Below are positions 56,286-64,000 of a DNA stretch of 64,000 nt, piece after piece (positions within the stretch are counted from its first letter, which is position 1; every line of letters begins with the position of its first letter). The notes below the pieces were generated by a model. It was not told where the DNA came from, searched no databases, and was given only the letters and a program-made list of their open reading frames with translations. The translations under genes were made by a program, and so were the position numbers. Source of the DNA: Dehalococcoidia bacterium (GTDB taxonomy: Bacteria > Chloroflexota > Dehalococcoidia > Lucifugimonadales > CAYTFF01); contig OZ252215.1 in NCBI GenBank assembly GCA_965249025.1, positions 1,471,783 through 1,535,782 of the forward strand, given 5' to 3'.

Positions 56286-57838
56286 GATGCCAACACCGTG
56301 ATGGTGATGTCTTCGGGGATAACCGTCAGCCGCTCGGTCAACTCGATGTCGTCCTGACTGGTGACGGAGCCCTGGACCGTATCGACGGTATCCAGCCCCA
56401 GCTCGTCAGCCGTATCGCCAGTCACCGCGCCGGACACCACAATGGGGTTGCCGTCGGCATCCAGGGGAATGGTGATGACGAACCCTCCATCCACATAGGC
56501 CACCTCTACCTGGTCCAGGTCTGTCTCGGAGGCTCCCCGCAGCGCGCCCTTGACTACCGTGGCCACGTCGTCGTAGCTCGCCACGGCGCCGAAGTCCAGA
56601 CCGGATGCAGTCGCACCGTGCAGCGTGATCGTGCCGCTCCTGATGGCATCCGCACCGTTGACGATGGTTGCGGTGTCCAATCCCAACTCGTCGGCGTTGT
56701 CCCCTGTGAAAGCGGTACTTGCCGTGGTGGCTGCCCCATCGGAGTCCAGGGGCAACGTCACCACGAACGCCGCGCCGTCGTGGGTGACCTCCACATTGTC
56801 CAGGTCCGTGGAGCTGGTAGCCCGGAGCGCGGTCTGAAGCGTGGAAGCCACGTCGTCGAGGTCATTATCGGAGGAGAAGTCGAGGCCGGTCACAGTCTGG
56901 CCCAGGAAGGTCACGGTACCGGCGGTGATGGCCTGGAGGGTCGCCAGAGTACTGTGATTCTCCCCGGTCAGCACGGTGGACCTACCGCGGAACGTATCCA
57001 GGGACGCCACCGTGCCTGTGCCTCTGAGCAACGTGCCAGCCTTGCGCCCGACACCGAGGTTCACGGTGTGTCCCGGCACCAACAGCACGTCGGCAAGGAG
57101 CCGCTGTGCTGTCAGGCGCTCCCCAAGGGCCAGCCCTATCACATGGTCTACCACCCGCATGACGATCCGGCTCGTGCCGTCCGAAGGAAAGCCTGCCATC
57201 AGCGTCAGGGCCAGCTTGACTTTGATTGGGACTGGAGTGACACGGGACAGTCGAATGGGCACGCTCCAGCCTCCGGCATGGGGCACGTCAACGCTGATCT
57301 CTCCGCTGGTGCCCGTTCCTACTGGCTTTGACCGGGCTATCGCCGCTGCGACAGCTTCGTCCGTGCCACCGTCTACAACCAGGCAGATCGAGTAAGCGCC
57401 AATGGTCTTGCCCTGCTCGGTCACCTCGGCGGCGGTGGCGTTCTCACGGATTAGTGCATCGGTTACACCCTCGACGCTAAGCACTGCGGCCAGTATCGCC
57501 TCAGCCGAGCCCCTGGCGTTCCTGGCCACGAGCCTTCCGTACCTGGCCCGGTACTCGTCGTCCGTCTCTCCTTCCAGGCGCGGGATACCCAAGAGAGACC
57601 CCAGATCGTCGAGTTGGACTCCCAGCGCCCTGCTGCGCGACATGCCGTTGCCCACCGTAACCAGCGCCTCGTCCGCCTCCGTCAGCGTCAAGGCCAGGGT
57701 TCCAACCAACTGGCCCGCTGGCGTCTCCGGGGCCAGATCAATGTCCTGGCCCAACGCAGACCGGAACGCCGCCTCCAGCGCGTCTATGTAGCCCTGGAGC
57801 GTCGTGGGCTCTATTCCCTGCGCCGTCACCCGTGCCAT
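56282..57838 (-). CDS. baseplate J-like protein with two C-terminal repeat domains of about 94 aa
   Basis: 518 aa. Size, position and N-terminus (TLQGYIDALEAAFRSALGQDIDLAPETPAGQLV) fit gpJ/gp47. Residues ~303-395 and ~397-490 are a diverged duplication. Confidence 0.6.
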   Translation of the reverse strand: MARVTAQGIEPTTLQGYIDALEAAFRSALGQDIDLAPETPAGQLVGTLALTLTEADEALVTVGNGMSRSRALGVQLDDLGSLLGIPRLEGETDDEYRARYGRLVARNARGSAEAILAAVLSVEGVTDALIRENATAAEVTEQGKTIGAYSICLVVDGGTDEAVAAAIARSKPVGTGTSGEISVDVPHAGGWSVPIRLSRVTPVPIKVKLALTLMAGFPSDGTSRIVMRVVDHVIGLALGERLTAQRLLADVLLVPGHTVNLGVGRKAGTLLRGTGTVASLDTFRGRSTVLTGENHSTLATLQAITAGTVTFLGQTVTGLDFSSDNDLDDVASTLQTALRATSSTDLDNVEVTHDGAAFVVTLPLDSDGAATTASTAFTGDNADELGLDTATIVNGADAIRSGTITLHGATASGLDFGAVASYDDVATVVKGALRGASETDLDQVEVAYVDGGFVITIPLDADGNPIVVSGAVTGDTADELGLDTVDTVQGSVTSQDDIELTERLTVIPEDITITVLAS

Positions 57839-58179
57839 TACAACACCTCCGCGACCGTCACCTGGCCGTCGACCGTACTAACGCGGAGCTCCAGCGACAG
57901 TCTCCGGGTGAGGGGATCAAGGACGGCTCGAACGACAGCTACATCCGTAACGTCCTCTACGCCGAGCACTTCGGCGGCAATGAGCTGTGCGGCGAGTTCA
58001 GGACTACTGTTGTCAGCGAACAGGCCATCGAAGTACGGGATGCCCTGGTCCGAGTCAAGAAACCACTCGCTCAAGGTAAAGCGTAGATGCTGAATTACCC
58101 GCTGCCTGGTGGCTTCAAGGCCATCCACTACAGCGAATCCGTCAAGGAGATCGTCCACGGCTGAGATGGTGCGCATCAC
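57838..58179 (-). CDS. baseplate wedge protein (gpW/gp25- or DUF2634-like)
   Basis: 113 aa between the spike and J-like genes, with overlapping junctions. RVIQHLRFTLSEWFLDSDQGIPYF. Confidence 0.5.
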   Translation of the reverse strand: MMRTISAVDDLLDGFAVVDGLEATRQRVIQHLRFTLSEWFLDSDQGIPYFDGLFADNSSPELAAQLIAAEVLGVEDVTDVAVVRAVLDPLTRRLSLELRVSTVDGQVTVAEVL

Positions 58180-58706
58180 ACTACGCTCCTCGGCGCTTCG
58201 CCGGTACCAGGCCGCCTGAACGTCACGTCCTGCGCCTCTATAGCGAGCGTCCCGGTCGTCTTGATGTGAATCCCGTCCGCCTCAATGGCGATATGGTGTT
58301 CCGGTTCGTCCGTACCAAACCCAGGAATGGCGATGGCGTCCTTCTCGCTGAAGAACCCGATTATGTCCGGGGCGGCCACGTCAAGCCTCTTCTTCCAATT
58401 CGCCAAACCCCGTTGGGAGTAGACCAGCAGCACAGCGTCCCCAGGCTCCAGAGGAAAGGTGAAGGCCGATCTGCCTCCCGACGGGAACAATACGGGGACG
58501 TTGTGGATGGCCTCTCGCTCGATCTCCTCTTTCTTAGTGGTCACCACCCTGAGCGCTCCCTTCACCACCGCCCGTCGGGTCTCCGCGTCGTAGGACTCCA
58601 CTATCCCAGGCATACAGGTGTACAGGTCCTTGAGGGACTGGCGGATTGCAAAGCGAATGGACTGGGCCATGTTCGCGTAGTCGGTGTCTCGGTTCATGCT
58701 GGTCAT
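58176..58706 (-). CDS. baseplate spike / gpV-Gp138 N-terminal-like protein
   Basis: 176 aa. CMPGIVESYDAETRRAVVKGAL...VPVLFPSGG is the OB-fold spike pattern. Confidence 0.6.
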   Translation of the reverse strand: MTSMNRDTDYANMAQSIRFAIRQSLKDLYTCMPGIVESYDAETRRAVVKGALRVVTTKKEEIEREAIHNVPVLFPSGGRSAFTFPLEPGDAVLLVYSQRGLANWKKRLDVAAPDIIGFFSEKDAIAIPGFGTDEPEHHIAIEADGIHIKTTGTLAIEAQDVTFRRPGTGEAPRSVV

Positions 58707-58747
58707 GGCCTATACCCATGAGGTGTCATATGTGTTACCATTGCGAC

Positions 58748-59068
58748 ATGATAGAGGTTCGGGAGTACCTCGACGAAAGAGGCCGCAGCGCCTTCGCTCG
58801 TTGGTTCAACCGCCTTGACGCAGGAGCTGCCACCAGGGTCACGATAGCTCTTGCCCGAATGGAGGCTGGCAACCTCTCCAACGTCAAGGGCGTGGGCAGA
58901 GGTATTCTCGAATACCGCATAGACACGGGCCCTGGATATAGAGTCTACTTCGGAAGAGATGGCGAAACTCTGATCATCCTTCTTGGAGGTAGCACCAAGC
59001 GGCGGCAGCGTCGGGACATCGAACTTGCCCAGCAGCTCTGGCGCGATTATAGGAGCCGCAGAGGCTAG
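58748..59068 (+). CDS. RelE/ParE-superfamily toxin (HigB-like 'addiction module killer')
   Basis: MIEVREYLDERGRSAFARWFNRLDAGAATRVTIALARMEAGNLSNVKGVGRGILEYRIDTGPGYRVYFGRDGETLIILLGG. It is on the opposite strand to the phage genes. ATG 58748 is preferred over the ORF track start at 58646. Confidence 0.75.
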   Translation: MIEVREYLDERGRSAFARWFNRLDAGAATRVTIALARMEAGNLSNVKGVGRGILEYRIDTGPGYRVYFGRDGETLIILLGGSTKRRQRRDIELAQQLWRDYRSRRG

Positions 59069-59083
59069 AGGGGGTACGTAGCA

Positions 59084-59401
59084 ATGGCATTGACACGAGA
59101 CTTCAAAGAGACAGTCCAAGAACGGGTCCGACGCGATCCAGACTTCAGGGCGGAGCTCCTCAAAGCTGCCGTCGAATGTCTTCTCGCCGGAGACGTTGAG
59201 ACCGGCAAGTCGGTACTGAGAGATTACGTCAACGCTACAATCGGGTTCACGGAGTTGGGCACTCTGACGGGGAAATCTCCCAAGAGCCTCATGCGCATGT
59301 TCGGACCCACAGGCAATCCCCAGGCACGCAACCTGCTGGAGGTGATCAACCAGGTCCAGCGATACGAAGGGGTCCGGCTTGAGGTGACAGCCGTTCGCTA
59401 G
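59084..59401 (+). CDS. HTH antitoxin (HigA-like 'addiction module antidote')
   Basis: 105 aa, 15 nt downstream of the toxin. GFTELGTLTGKSPKSLMRMFGPTGNPQARNLLEVINQV is the HTH region. Confidence 0.7.
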   Translation: MALTRDFKETVQERVRRDPDFRAELLKAAVECLLAGDVETGKSVLRDYVNATIGFTELGTLTGKSPKSLMRMFGPTGNPQARNLLEVINQVQRYEGVRLEVTAVR

Positions 59402-59427
59402 TGGAGACATTGTGTAGTTCATGCTCG

Positions 59428-60294
59428 TCATTGCACCACCAAAGCCCCGGCAGATGCGCTGGTCACGGCCTGCATCGGAGGATCGGCCCTCGCTCCCTCG
59501 ATCTCCGTCACGAACTCCCCGCCCCAGTTGTCTCCCCTGTGGACAATGGTCTTGACACTGAACCAGCCATCCACGGCCTCGCTGCTGACTTCAACCAACT
59601 GGCTCAGCTCGATGGAGCCGTTCAGCGCCATCTTCGCCCCCAACCCTTCGTCCTCGGTGACGGACGGAGTGCCAATAAGCCCCGTCGCATGGCTGAGAAG
59701 GAACGTGCCTCGCTCCGGCTCGTCGTCCCTGTGGGTGAAGTGCATGGCCCCGCCTACCTGATAAGCGGTAACCTTGTGGGGTTCCAGGAGCTCCTTGAGC
59801 GCCGACTTCGCTGAGCCGTTGTAGATGAAACCTTCCTCAAGCTCCTCGTCGGGAACGGCGTGGTCAGATTCGATGCGTAGGCCCATAGCGTCCACTACCC
59901 GGCGCACAAGGTCACGCAGCCTGACAGGTCCCACGAGGCTGATGGAGACCAGTGCGCCGGTCGTCGCCGAGTCGGAACGGCCAAGCACGATGGTCGTCAC
60001 GCGGTCTACCCCGGTGCGTTCATGGAGGACGCGCCGAGTCTCTCCCTCGAACAGCGGTTCTGAGTTGGCAATATCCCCGTACCCAGCCCTCACCCGGACG
60101 ATCTGCCTCGGCTCCGCGATGTGGGAGGCGGACCGCTTGCCCAGGTTCCATATCTTCACTGTGGAGGGCGACGAAGACGATTGGTCGTCTATGTGCAGGT
60201 CAAAGGTGATACGCAGCTCCTCGACGATGAGCACAGAGCGATTCTCGTTCTCGATCTCGACGCTTATCTGCCGTAGGTACTGCCTCATGCTCAT
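59428..60294 (-). CDS. baseplate hub protein (gp27/XkdQ/gpD-like)
   Basis: LRITFDLHIDDQSSSSPSTVKIWNLGKRSASHI is typical of hub proteins. ATG 60294 makes an ATGA overlap with the upstream stop. The ORF track has GTG 60360. Confidence 0.5.
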   Translation of the reverse strand: MSMRQYLRQISVEIENENRSVLIVEELRITFDLHIDDQSSSSPSTVKIWNLGKRSASHIAEPRQIVRVRAGYGDIANSEPLFEGETRRVLHERTGVDRVTTIVLGRSDSATTGALVSISLVGPVRLRDLVRRVVDAMGLRIESDHAVPDEELEEGFIYNGSAKSALKELLEPHKVTAYQVGGAMHFTHRDDEPERGTFLLSHATGLIGTPSVTEDEGLGAKMALNGSIELSQLVEVSSEAVDGWFSVKTIVHRGDNWGGEFVTEIEGARADPPMQAVTSASAGALVVQ

Positions 60295-60617
60295 ACCGCC
60301 CACCTCACCTGCCCGACTTCGGACGGCGCAAGGTAGGCCAGCCCGTGGGTCTGCCCCCACGCCTCTCGGCCTATCGGCTCCCCATAGCGCTCCAAGGGAA
60401 TGACCACCAGGTCCCCGACGAAGCCAGGAGCCTCAATCAACCTCCGGGCCGTCGTTACCTGACGCCCCAGCGCGATCGGCTCCTCTCCCCTGGTGTACAG
60501 CGACAGGTACCACGCTTCGGAGAGCGGCTGCCACCAGGCCCGGAGGATGACCGGCTGATTGCCCAGCGTCACCCGCATTCGCTGCCGTGGGTCCGTTGTC
60601 AGCGGTATCGCTTGCAT
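60291..60617 (-). CDS. phage hypothetical protein
   Basis: 108 aa with overlapping start and stop junctions on both sides, within the tail operon. Confidence 0.5.
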   Translation of the reverse strand: MQAIPLTTDPRQRMRVTLGNQPVILRAWWQPLSEAWYLSLYTRGEEPIALGRQVTTARRLIEAPGFVGDLVVIPLERYGEPIGREAWGQTHGLAYLAPSEVGQVRWAV

Positions 60618-61306
60618 TAGCCGATCCTAAAGAATCTACCTACGGATTTGAAAACACCGGCTATCCGATCACCGATTGAGGGACCATCCTCTGAGTCCTC
60701 TGGCTCTTGCAGATCGTTGATCTCCCTAACCACAGGCCCTGCATGAATAGGATGCAGCGAGGGCGCCTCGACCCTGCCCCCATCAACCTCCTCCGACCTA
60801 TCCTCGGCAGGGCCTATCCGCACTGGGGGAGGCCGCTGGCCCCGCTCCAGGGCGCGGAACTGCACCTCCTCAAGCTCCATCTCGAAGCGGAGCGCTCGTC
60901 CCGTGGTTCTATCAACCGGAGCCTTGAGCGACGTAATCAGCATCGACGGGTAGACGTCCAGCAGCGTGACCACCAGGAACGGCTCCCTCGATTCGATCAA
61001 CCGGGTGAGCTGAAGCCACGCATCACTGCCGCGAGACGGGTTGCCCCGCCTCCCTTCAGGAGCCAGCAGGTCCGAGACCCAGCCCGCCAGCTTCAGCGTG
61101 CGCGGCTGTACAACCGCGTGGTCCACGAGCGACCCGCCCGTCTCGACGGGATACGAGGTCTTGCTGATCCTGACGGCGTGCTCTTCAGAGATGAACCCGT
61201 CAGCGATGGAGGCAAGAGGCTGTGCGTACCTGGACAGGACGCTCGACAGCGCACGACTCCCGGGGAAGAGCACGAAACCTTGGCCCTGTAGGATATAGGT
61301 TGCCAT
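60617..61306 (-). CDS. phage tail protein (distal tail / XkdP-position protein)
   Basis: 229 aa. It follows the tape-measure region, with coupled junctions. Confidence 0.45.
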   Translation of the reverse strand: MATYILQGQGFVLFPGSRALSSVLSRYAQPLASIADGFISEEHAVRISKTSYPVETGGSLVDHAVVQPRTLKLAGWVSDLLAPEGRRGNPSRGSDAWLQLTRLIESREPFLVVTLLDVYPSMLITSLKAPVDRTTGRALRFEMELEEVQFRALERGQRPPPVRIGPAEDRSEEVDGGRVEAPSLHPIHAGPVVREINDLQEPEDSEDGPSIGDRIAGVFKSVGRFFRIG

Positions 61307-61539
61307 CAGCGCTCCACCGGCCCGTCGTGGTCGTAGGCGACGTTCCGAATCTGGTCCTGGATCGCTTCGCCTAGCTCCTGGGCGATCCCCTTAGCGTCCG
61401 TCGCCTGGGTCTGTATCACGATGGGCTCATTTATGTTGATGTTTACCGTCCAGTTGGTCACCGAGGACCTGTACATCTGGCCGTAGCCAGGCGGCGCTTG
61501 CGGCAATGCGGCGGGGCCAAGCCGGAACCCTTGGAGCAT
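61306..61539 (-). CDS. 77-aa ORF, probably the detached C-terminal end of the tape measure protein
   Basis: It starts immediately after an in-frame TAG (61540-61542). SVTNWTVNININEPIVIQTQ resembles tape-measure C-termini. Confidence 0.4.
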   Translation of the reverse strand: MLQGFRLGPAALPQAPPGYGQMYRSSVTNWTVNININEPIVIQTQATDAKGIAQELGEAIQDQIRNVAYDHDGPVER

Positions 61540-63733
61540 CTAAGCGAGGACGCTGGAAGCCCCTTGGGGCAGCACCATCTCGCCGCCGTGGATAATGGCG
61601 GGCACCGGGCCTACCCAGCGGTCCGGGAACGACCCCTCCTTCGGCCCCCGTAAACACTTTGCCCACCTTGCCTGCAATCCACGTGAATACCTCAAGTGCA
61701 GCCCCAAGACCTGGCACGTCCCTTATGGCATCTGCGATCATTCCGGGGATGTCCTTTACGATGGCAAGCACCCTGCCGGGCAGCTCGCGCACAAAGTCGA
61801 TGATCGCCTCGATCCAGCCCCGCATGGTGTCGTTGACACGAGACCAGATGCCTCCGACGATCTCGACGATCCTGCTCCAGTTCTTGGCGATCAACAGCGG
61901 GACGGCGATGAACGGCGCGACGACTGCCAACGCGGCCAGGGCGTAGTTGCCGAAACGGTCGAAGAAGTCCCTAACGACTCTCTTCACGGTGTCCCAATGC
62001 TTGACCAGCAGCACGAGAGCGGCGATCAGGGCCACGATGGCCAGCACTATCAGACCGACGGGATTGGCGAGCATGGCCACCGTCGTCGCCCAAACCCCAG
62101 CCGCAAACGCAGCAAGGGCCGGAACAGCGGCCGTCCATATGGAGGCTGCGAAGGCCGCGACGCCAGCGATGCCGGCGACGATTGCACGGCCTGCGAAGCG
62201 CAACATCGTCAGGCTCGCCATCGCCAGCCGTCTGCCCAGTGCTCTCAGCGCCCCGATGGTCGATGCCCAGATGGTCGCGGCGAATCGGCTTAGAGCCGGG
62301 ATTACATTGGTGCGTATAGCAGTTTTGAATCTCCCAAACGCTTCCGTTCCGCTGGTCCACAACCTCACAGCAAATTTCCGCACCGCGATTGCCGCAAGCC
62401 TCAGAGACAGGATGAAGTTGGAGTTCCAGAGAGTGGCAATCATTTGGGGGATTTTCAGGGTGGTCAGCGCAAAGGCATAGCCCCTGACCGCCAAAGCCGT
62501 CCCGAATAGAACTCCTGATAACACCACAAGGCCTCCGCCCAGTATTGCGACTCCTTGGGCTGCTATACGCGCGAACCGATTGTTCGATTCAAAGAGTCCA
62601 CTAACCCAACTCAGCGTGGCACTGAGCGGGCCGAACAAGGTTTCCACAAGCGGTGCTATCGCACCGCCGATGTTGATCATCGCGACTTCAACGTGGCTTT
62701 TCAGCAGATCGAACTTCGCAGCCAGCGATTGTAGTTGCTTTTCCGCAACCAACTGGGTTGTACCGGTTGCATTCCGCAGTGCGGCCTCATACTCCCGTAT
62801 AGCGTCGCTGGTTCCCATCAAGGTAACTAGCGACGATAAGGACCGTTCCTGGAAACCGAGGGTGGTAAGCGCGACGCGTCTCTGTTCGTCTGACAGCCCG
62901 GCTAGGTGGTCTTCGAGATCGCCTATGATCTCGCCTAGATTGGCCATCTCGCCGCTTGCGTCGAACACAGTGACGCCCGCTTGATCGAAGGCGCTCCGGT
63001 TATCTAGAGCCGATTTTTGAAGGTCGCGTAGCACGATATTGAGCTGTTCACCGGCCCGCTGCCCCTTTTCCCCTTGGTCAGCGTAGGCTGCCAGTACAGC
63101 AACGCCTTCCTCCACGTCCTTGCCAAGGTCCCGGAGCGCCGCACCTGCCCTATTTGTCAACGCTTCCGAGAACTGCTGGACGGTCGCATTCGCTTGTCTG
63201 TTCGCTTGGACGAGCGTATCCGACACACGGACCATGTTCTGCATATTGACAGTCACATCGTCCTTGACGGTTAGGCCCAGGGCCGATTGAGCATCGGTCA
63301 GCAAGTCAGTGGCTTGGGCCATGTCGAACATGCCCGCTTGTGCGAATTGCGCTACCAGTGGCAACGCTTCGATAGACTGCTTGGCGTCGAGGCCAGCCGA
63401 GGCCAGGAAAAAGTAGGACGCAGCGGTGTCCTTGGCACTGAAACGCGTCGTGAGGGCAACGTCTTTGGCCGCTTTCACCATGTCTTTACGCATGGCATCC
63501 GAGACGTCCTCCATAATGGCCAGCGATTGGGTCAGAGCATCATCAAACCAGGCAAAGCTCTTGAGGGATAGGCCACTAAATGCAGTGATGGCCCCGCCCG
63601 CAAGTCCGAACTTGCGACCCATAGCATTTAGATTGGTCGAGAACTGCTTGAGTCGTTGATTGACGTTATCAAGAGCCTTCGTGTCGCCCTTGAAAACGAT
63701 CTCAGCTACGAGCGTATCAAGAATGGTTGCCAA
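61427..63733 (-). CDS. phage tail tape measure protein (C-terminus frameshifted)
   Basis: 768 aa with a TTG start. The protein is long and helical, with a central Ala/Gly-rich hydrophobic block. The last ~70 aa of the listed frame are Arg/Pro-rich out-of-frame-looking sequence. Confidence 0.75.
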   Translation of the reverse strand: MATILDTLVAEIVFKGDTKALDNVNQRLKQFSTNLNAMGRKFGLAGGAITAFSGLSLKSFAWFDDALTQSLAIMEDVSDAMRKDMVKAAKDVALTTRFSAKDTAASYFFLASAGLDAKQSIEALPLVAQFAQAGMFDMAQATDLLTDAQSALGLTVKDDVTVNMQNMVRVSDTLVQANRQANATVQQFSEALTNRAGAALRDLGKDVEEGVAVLAAYADQGEKGQRAGEQLNIVLRDLQKSALDNRSAFDQAGVTVFDASGEMANLGEIIGDLEDHLAGLSDEQRRVALTTLGFQERSLSSLVTLMGTSDAIREYEAALRNATGTTQLVAEKQLQSLAAKFDLLKSHVEVAMINIGGAIAPLVETLFGPLSATLSWVSGLFESNNRFARIAAQGVAILGGGLVVLSGVLFGTALAVRGYAFALTTLKIPQMIATLWNSNFILSLRLAAIAVRKFAVRLWTSGTEAFGRFKTAIRTNVIPALSRFAATIWASTIGALRALGRRLAMASLTMLRFAGRAIVAGIAGVAAFAASIWTAAVPALAAFAAGVWATTVAMLANPVGLIVLAIVALIAALVLLVKHWDTVKRVVRDFFDRFGNYALAALAVVAPFIAVPLLIAKNWSRIVEIVGGIWSRVNDTMRGWIEAIIDFVRELPGRVLAIVKDIPGMIADAIRDVPGLGAALEVFTWIAGKVGKVFTGAEGGVVPGPLGRPGARHYPRRRDGAAPRGFQRPRLDAPRVPAWPRRIAASAAWLRPDVQVLGDQLDGKHQHK

Positions 63734-63748
63734 AATTCACTCCCCGAT

Positions 63749-64000
63749 TCAAGAACCGCACATCGCTAGCCCATCGGATTTCACTTGGTATATGTTGATT
63801 TTTGCTCCCGTGGCCGGATTGTCTCGCCAGATCCAGTCCAGAGCGCGAACGTTGCGGTAGCGACTTCTCAAATAAGTGTCAGAGTATCCAGTCAGGGCAT
63901 ACCGTTTGCCATCGTGTTCCACCCAGACCACGTCATCTTCACAACGCAGTTCAACCTCGCTGACCGTAAAGGGCCAAGCACTTCCATAATCTTCTGATGT
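63749..64000 (-). CDS. hypothetical protein (DUF2511-like motif); N-terminus beyond the right edge
   Basis: My translation stays open to the window edge: ...EDYGSAWPFTVSEVELRCEDDVVWVEHDGKRYALTGYSD...LDWIWRDNPATGAKINIYQVKSDGLAMCGS*. The ORF track lists only 63749-63931. Confidence 0.35.
   Translation of the reverse strand, partial: TSEDYGSAWPFTVSEVELRCEDDVVWVEHDGKRYALTGYSDTYLRSRYRNVRALDWIWRDNPATGAKINIYQVKSDGLAMCGS

Larger units (their letters stand above)
54134..64000 (-). mobile_element. prophage or tailocin-like tail morphogenesis block (tape measure to tail fibres); continues past the right edge
   Basis: Twelve co-oriented, mostly overlapping minus-strand genes run in the order TMP / hub / spike / W-like / J / I-like / fibre. 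GC is visibly higher than in flanking host genes. No integrase or att site is visible in the window. Confidence 0.8.

Noticed and set aside
58703-59431. 242-aa minus-strand ORF that would neatly fill the gap in the phage tail operon
   Set aside because: It is exactly antisense to two plus-strand ORFs with clear RelE/ParE-toxin and HTH-antitoxin patterns and proper spacing. Its own sequence has no recognisable phage motif. I keep it open as the refutation test for the TA finding.
61540-61542. TAG readthrough or amber recoding in the phage block as an explanation for the interrupted tape measure
   Set aside because: TAG is used as the apparent genuine stop of three neighbouring tail genes (54134, 54655, 55203), so a reassigned amber codon is unlikely. 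A mutation or sequencing error is the simpler explanation.

Overview
This 64-kb window is from a bacterial chromosome. Gene content suggests Chloroflexota (Dehalococcoidia/Anaerolineae-like), but that is inference only. The pointers are an 11-subunit nuo operon without nuoEFG, an icd-mdh pair, a deazaflavin-dependent oxidoreductase, a PPi-type PFK plus membrane H+-PPase, and TTCGACAAGCTCAG-type intergenic hairpin repeats. The window falls into three zones. Zone 1 (1-30.4 kb) is housekeeping: a partial PPi-phosphofructokinase, a TlpA-like thioredoxin, folK-folP, a transcarboxylase-like cluster (12S carboxyltransferase, small repeat protein, 5S-BCCP fusion), an IDH-family gene and mdh, NUDIX-nadK, nuoABCDHIJK-(small ORF)-LMN, a PHP phosphoesterase coupled to an orphan OppD-like ATPase, holA, a DUF1232 protein, ychF, hemW and selB. 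Zone 2 (30.4-49 kb) is a repeat-riddled mosaic region where codon usage looks more G/C-ending by eye. It holds a translationally coupled NurA / unknown / HerA operon, which is my top candidate for an undescribed system. It also holds a decayed type ISP/YeeA-like adenine methyltransferase, a divergent HxlR regulator and deazaflavin oxidoreductase pair, an orphan PD-(D/E)xK-like protein, a PIG-L deacetylase, an MBL hydrolase, a small permease and glyQS. A DUF4258/YgiT toxin-antitoxin cassette is inserted at the 3' end of glyQS, with the displaced 135-bp gene end still present downstream. Two MFS transporters flanking gene debris complete this zone. Zone 3 (49-64 kb) holds hppA, a translin-like gene, thiE and two FmdB zinc-ribbon paralogues. 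It ends in a high-GC contractile-tail phage baseplate/fibre/tape-measure block (54.1 kb to the right edge) that carries a HigBA-like moron and a broken tape-measure gene. No rRNA, tRNA or CRISPR array could be supported. All family calls come from motif recognition in the supplied translations or my own hand translations; no database search was run.
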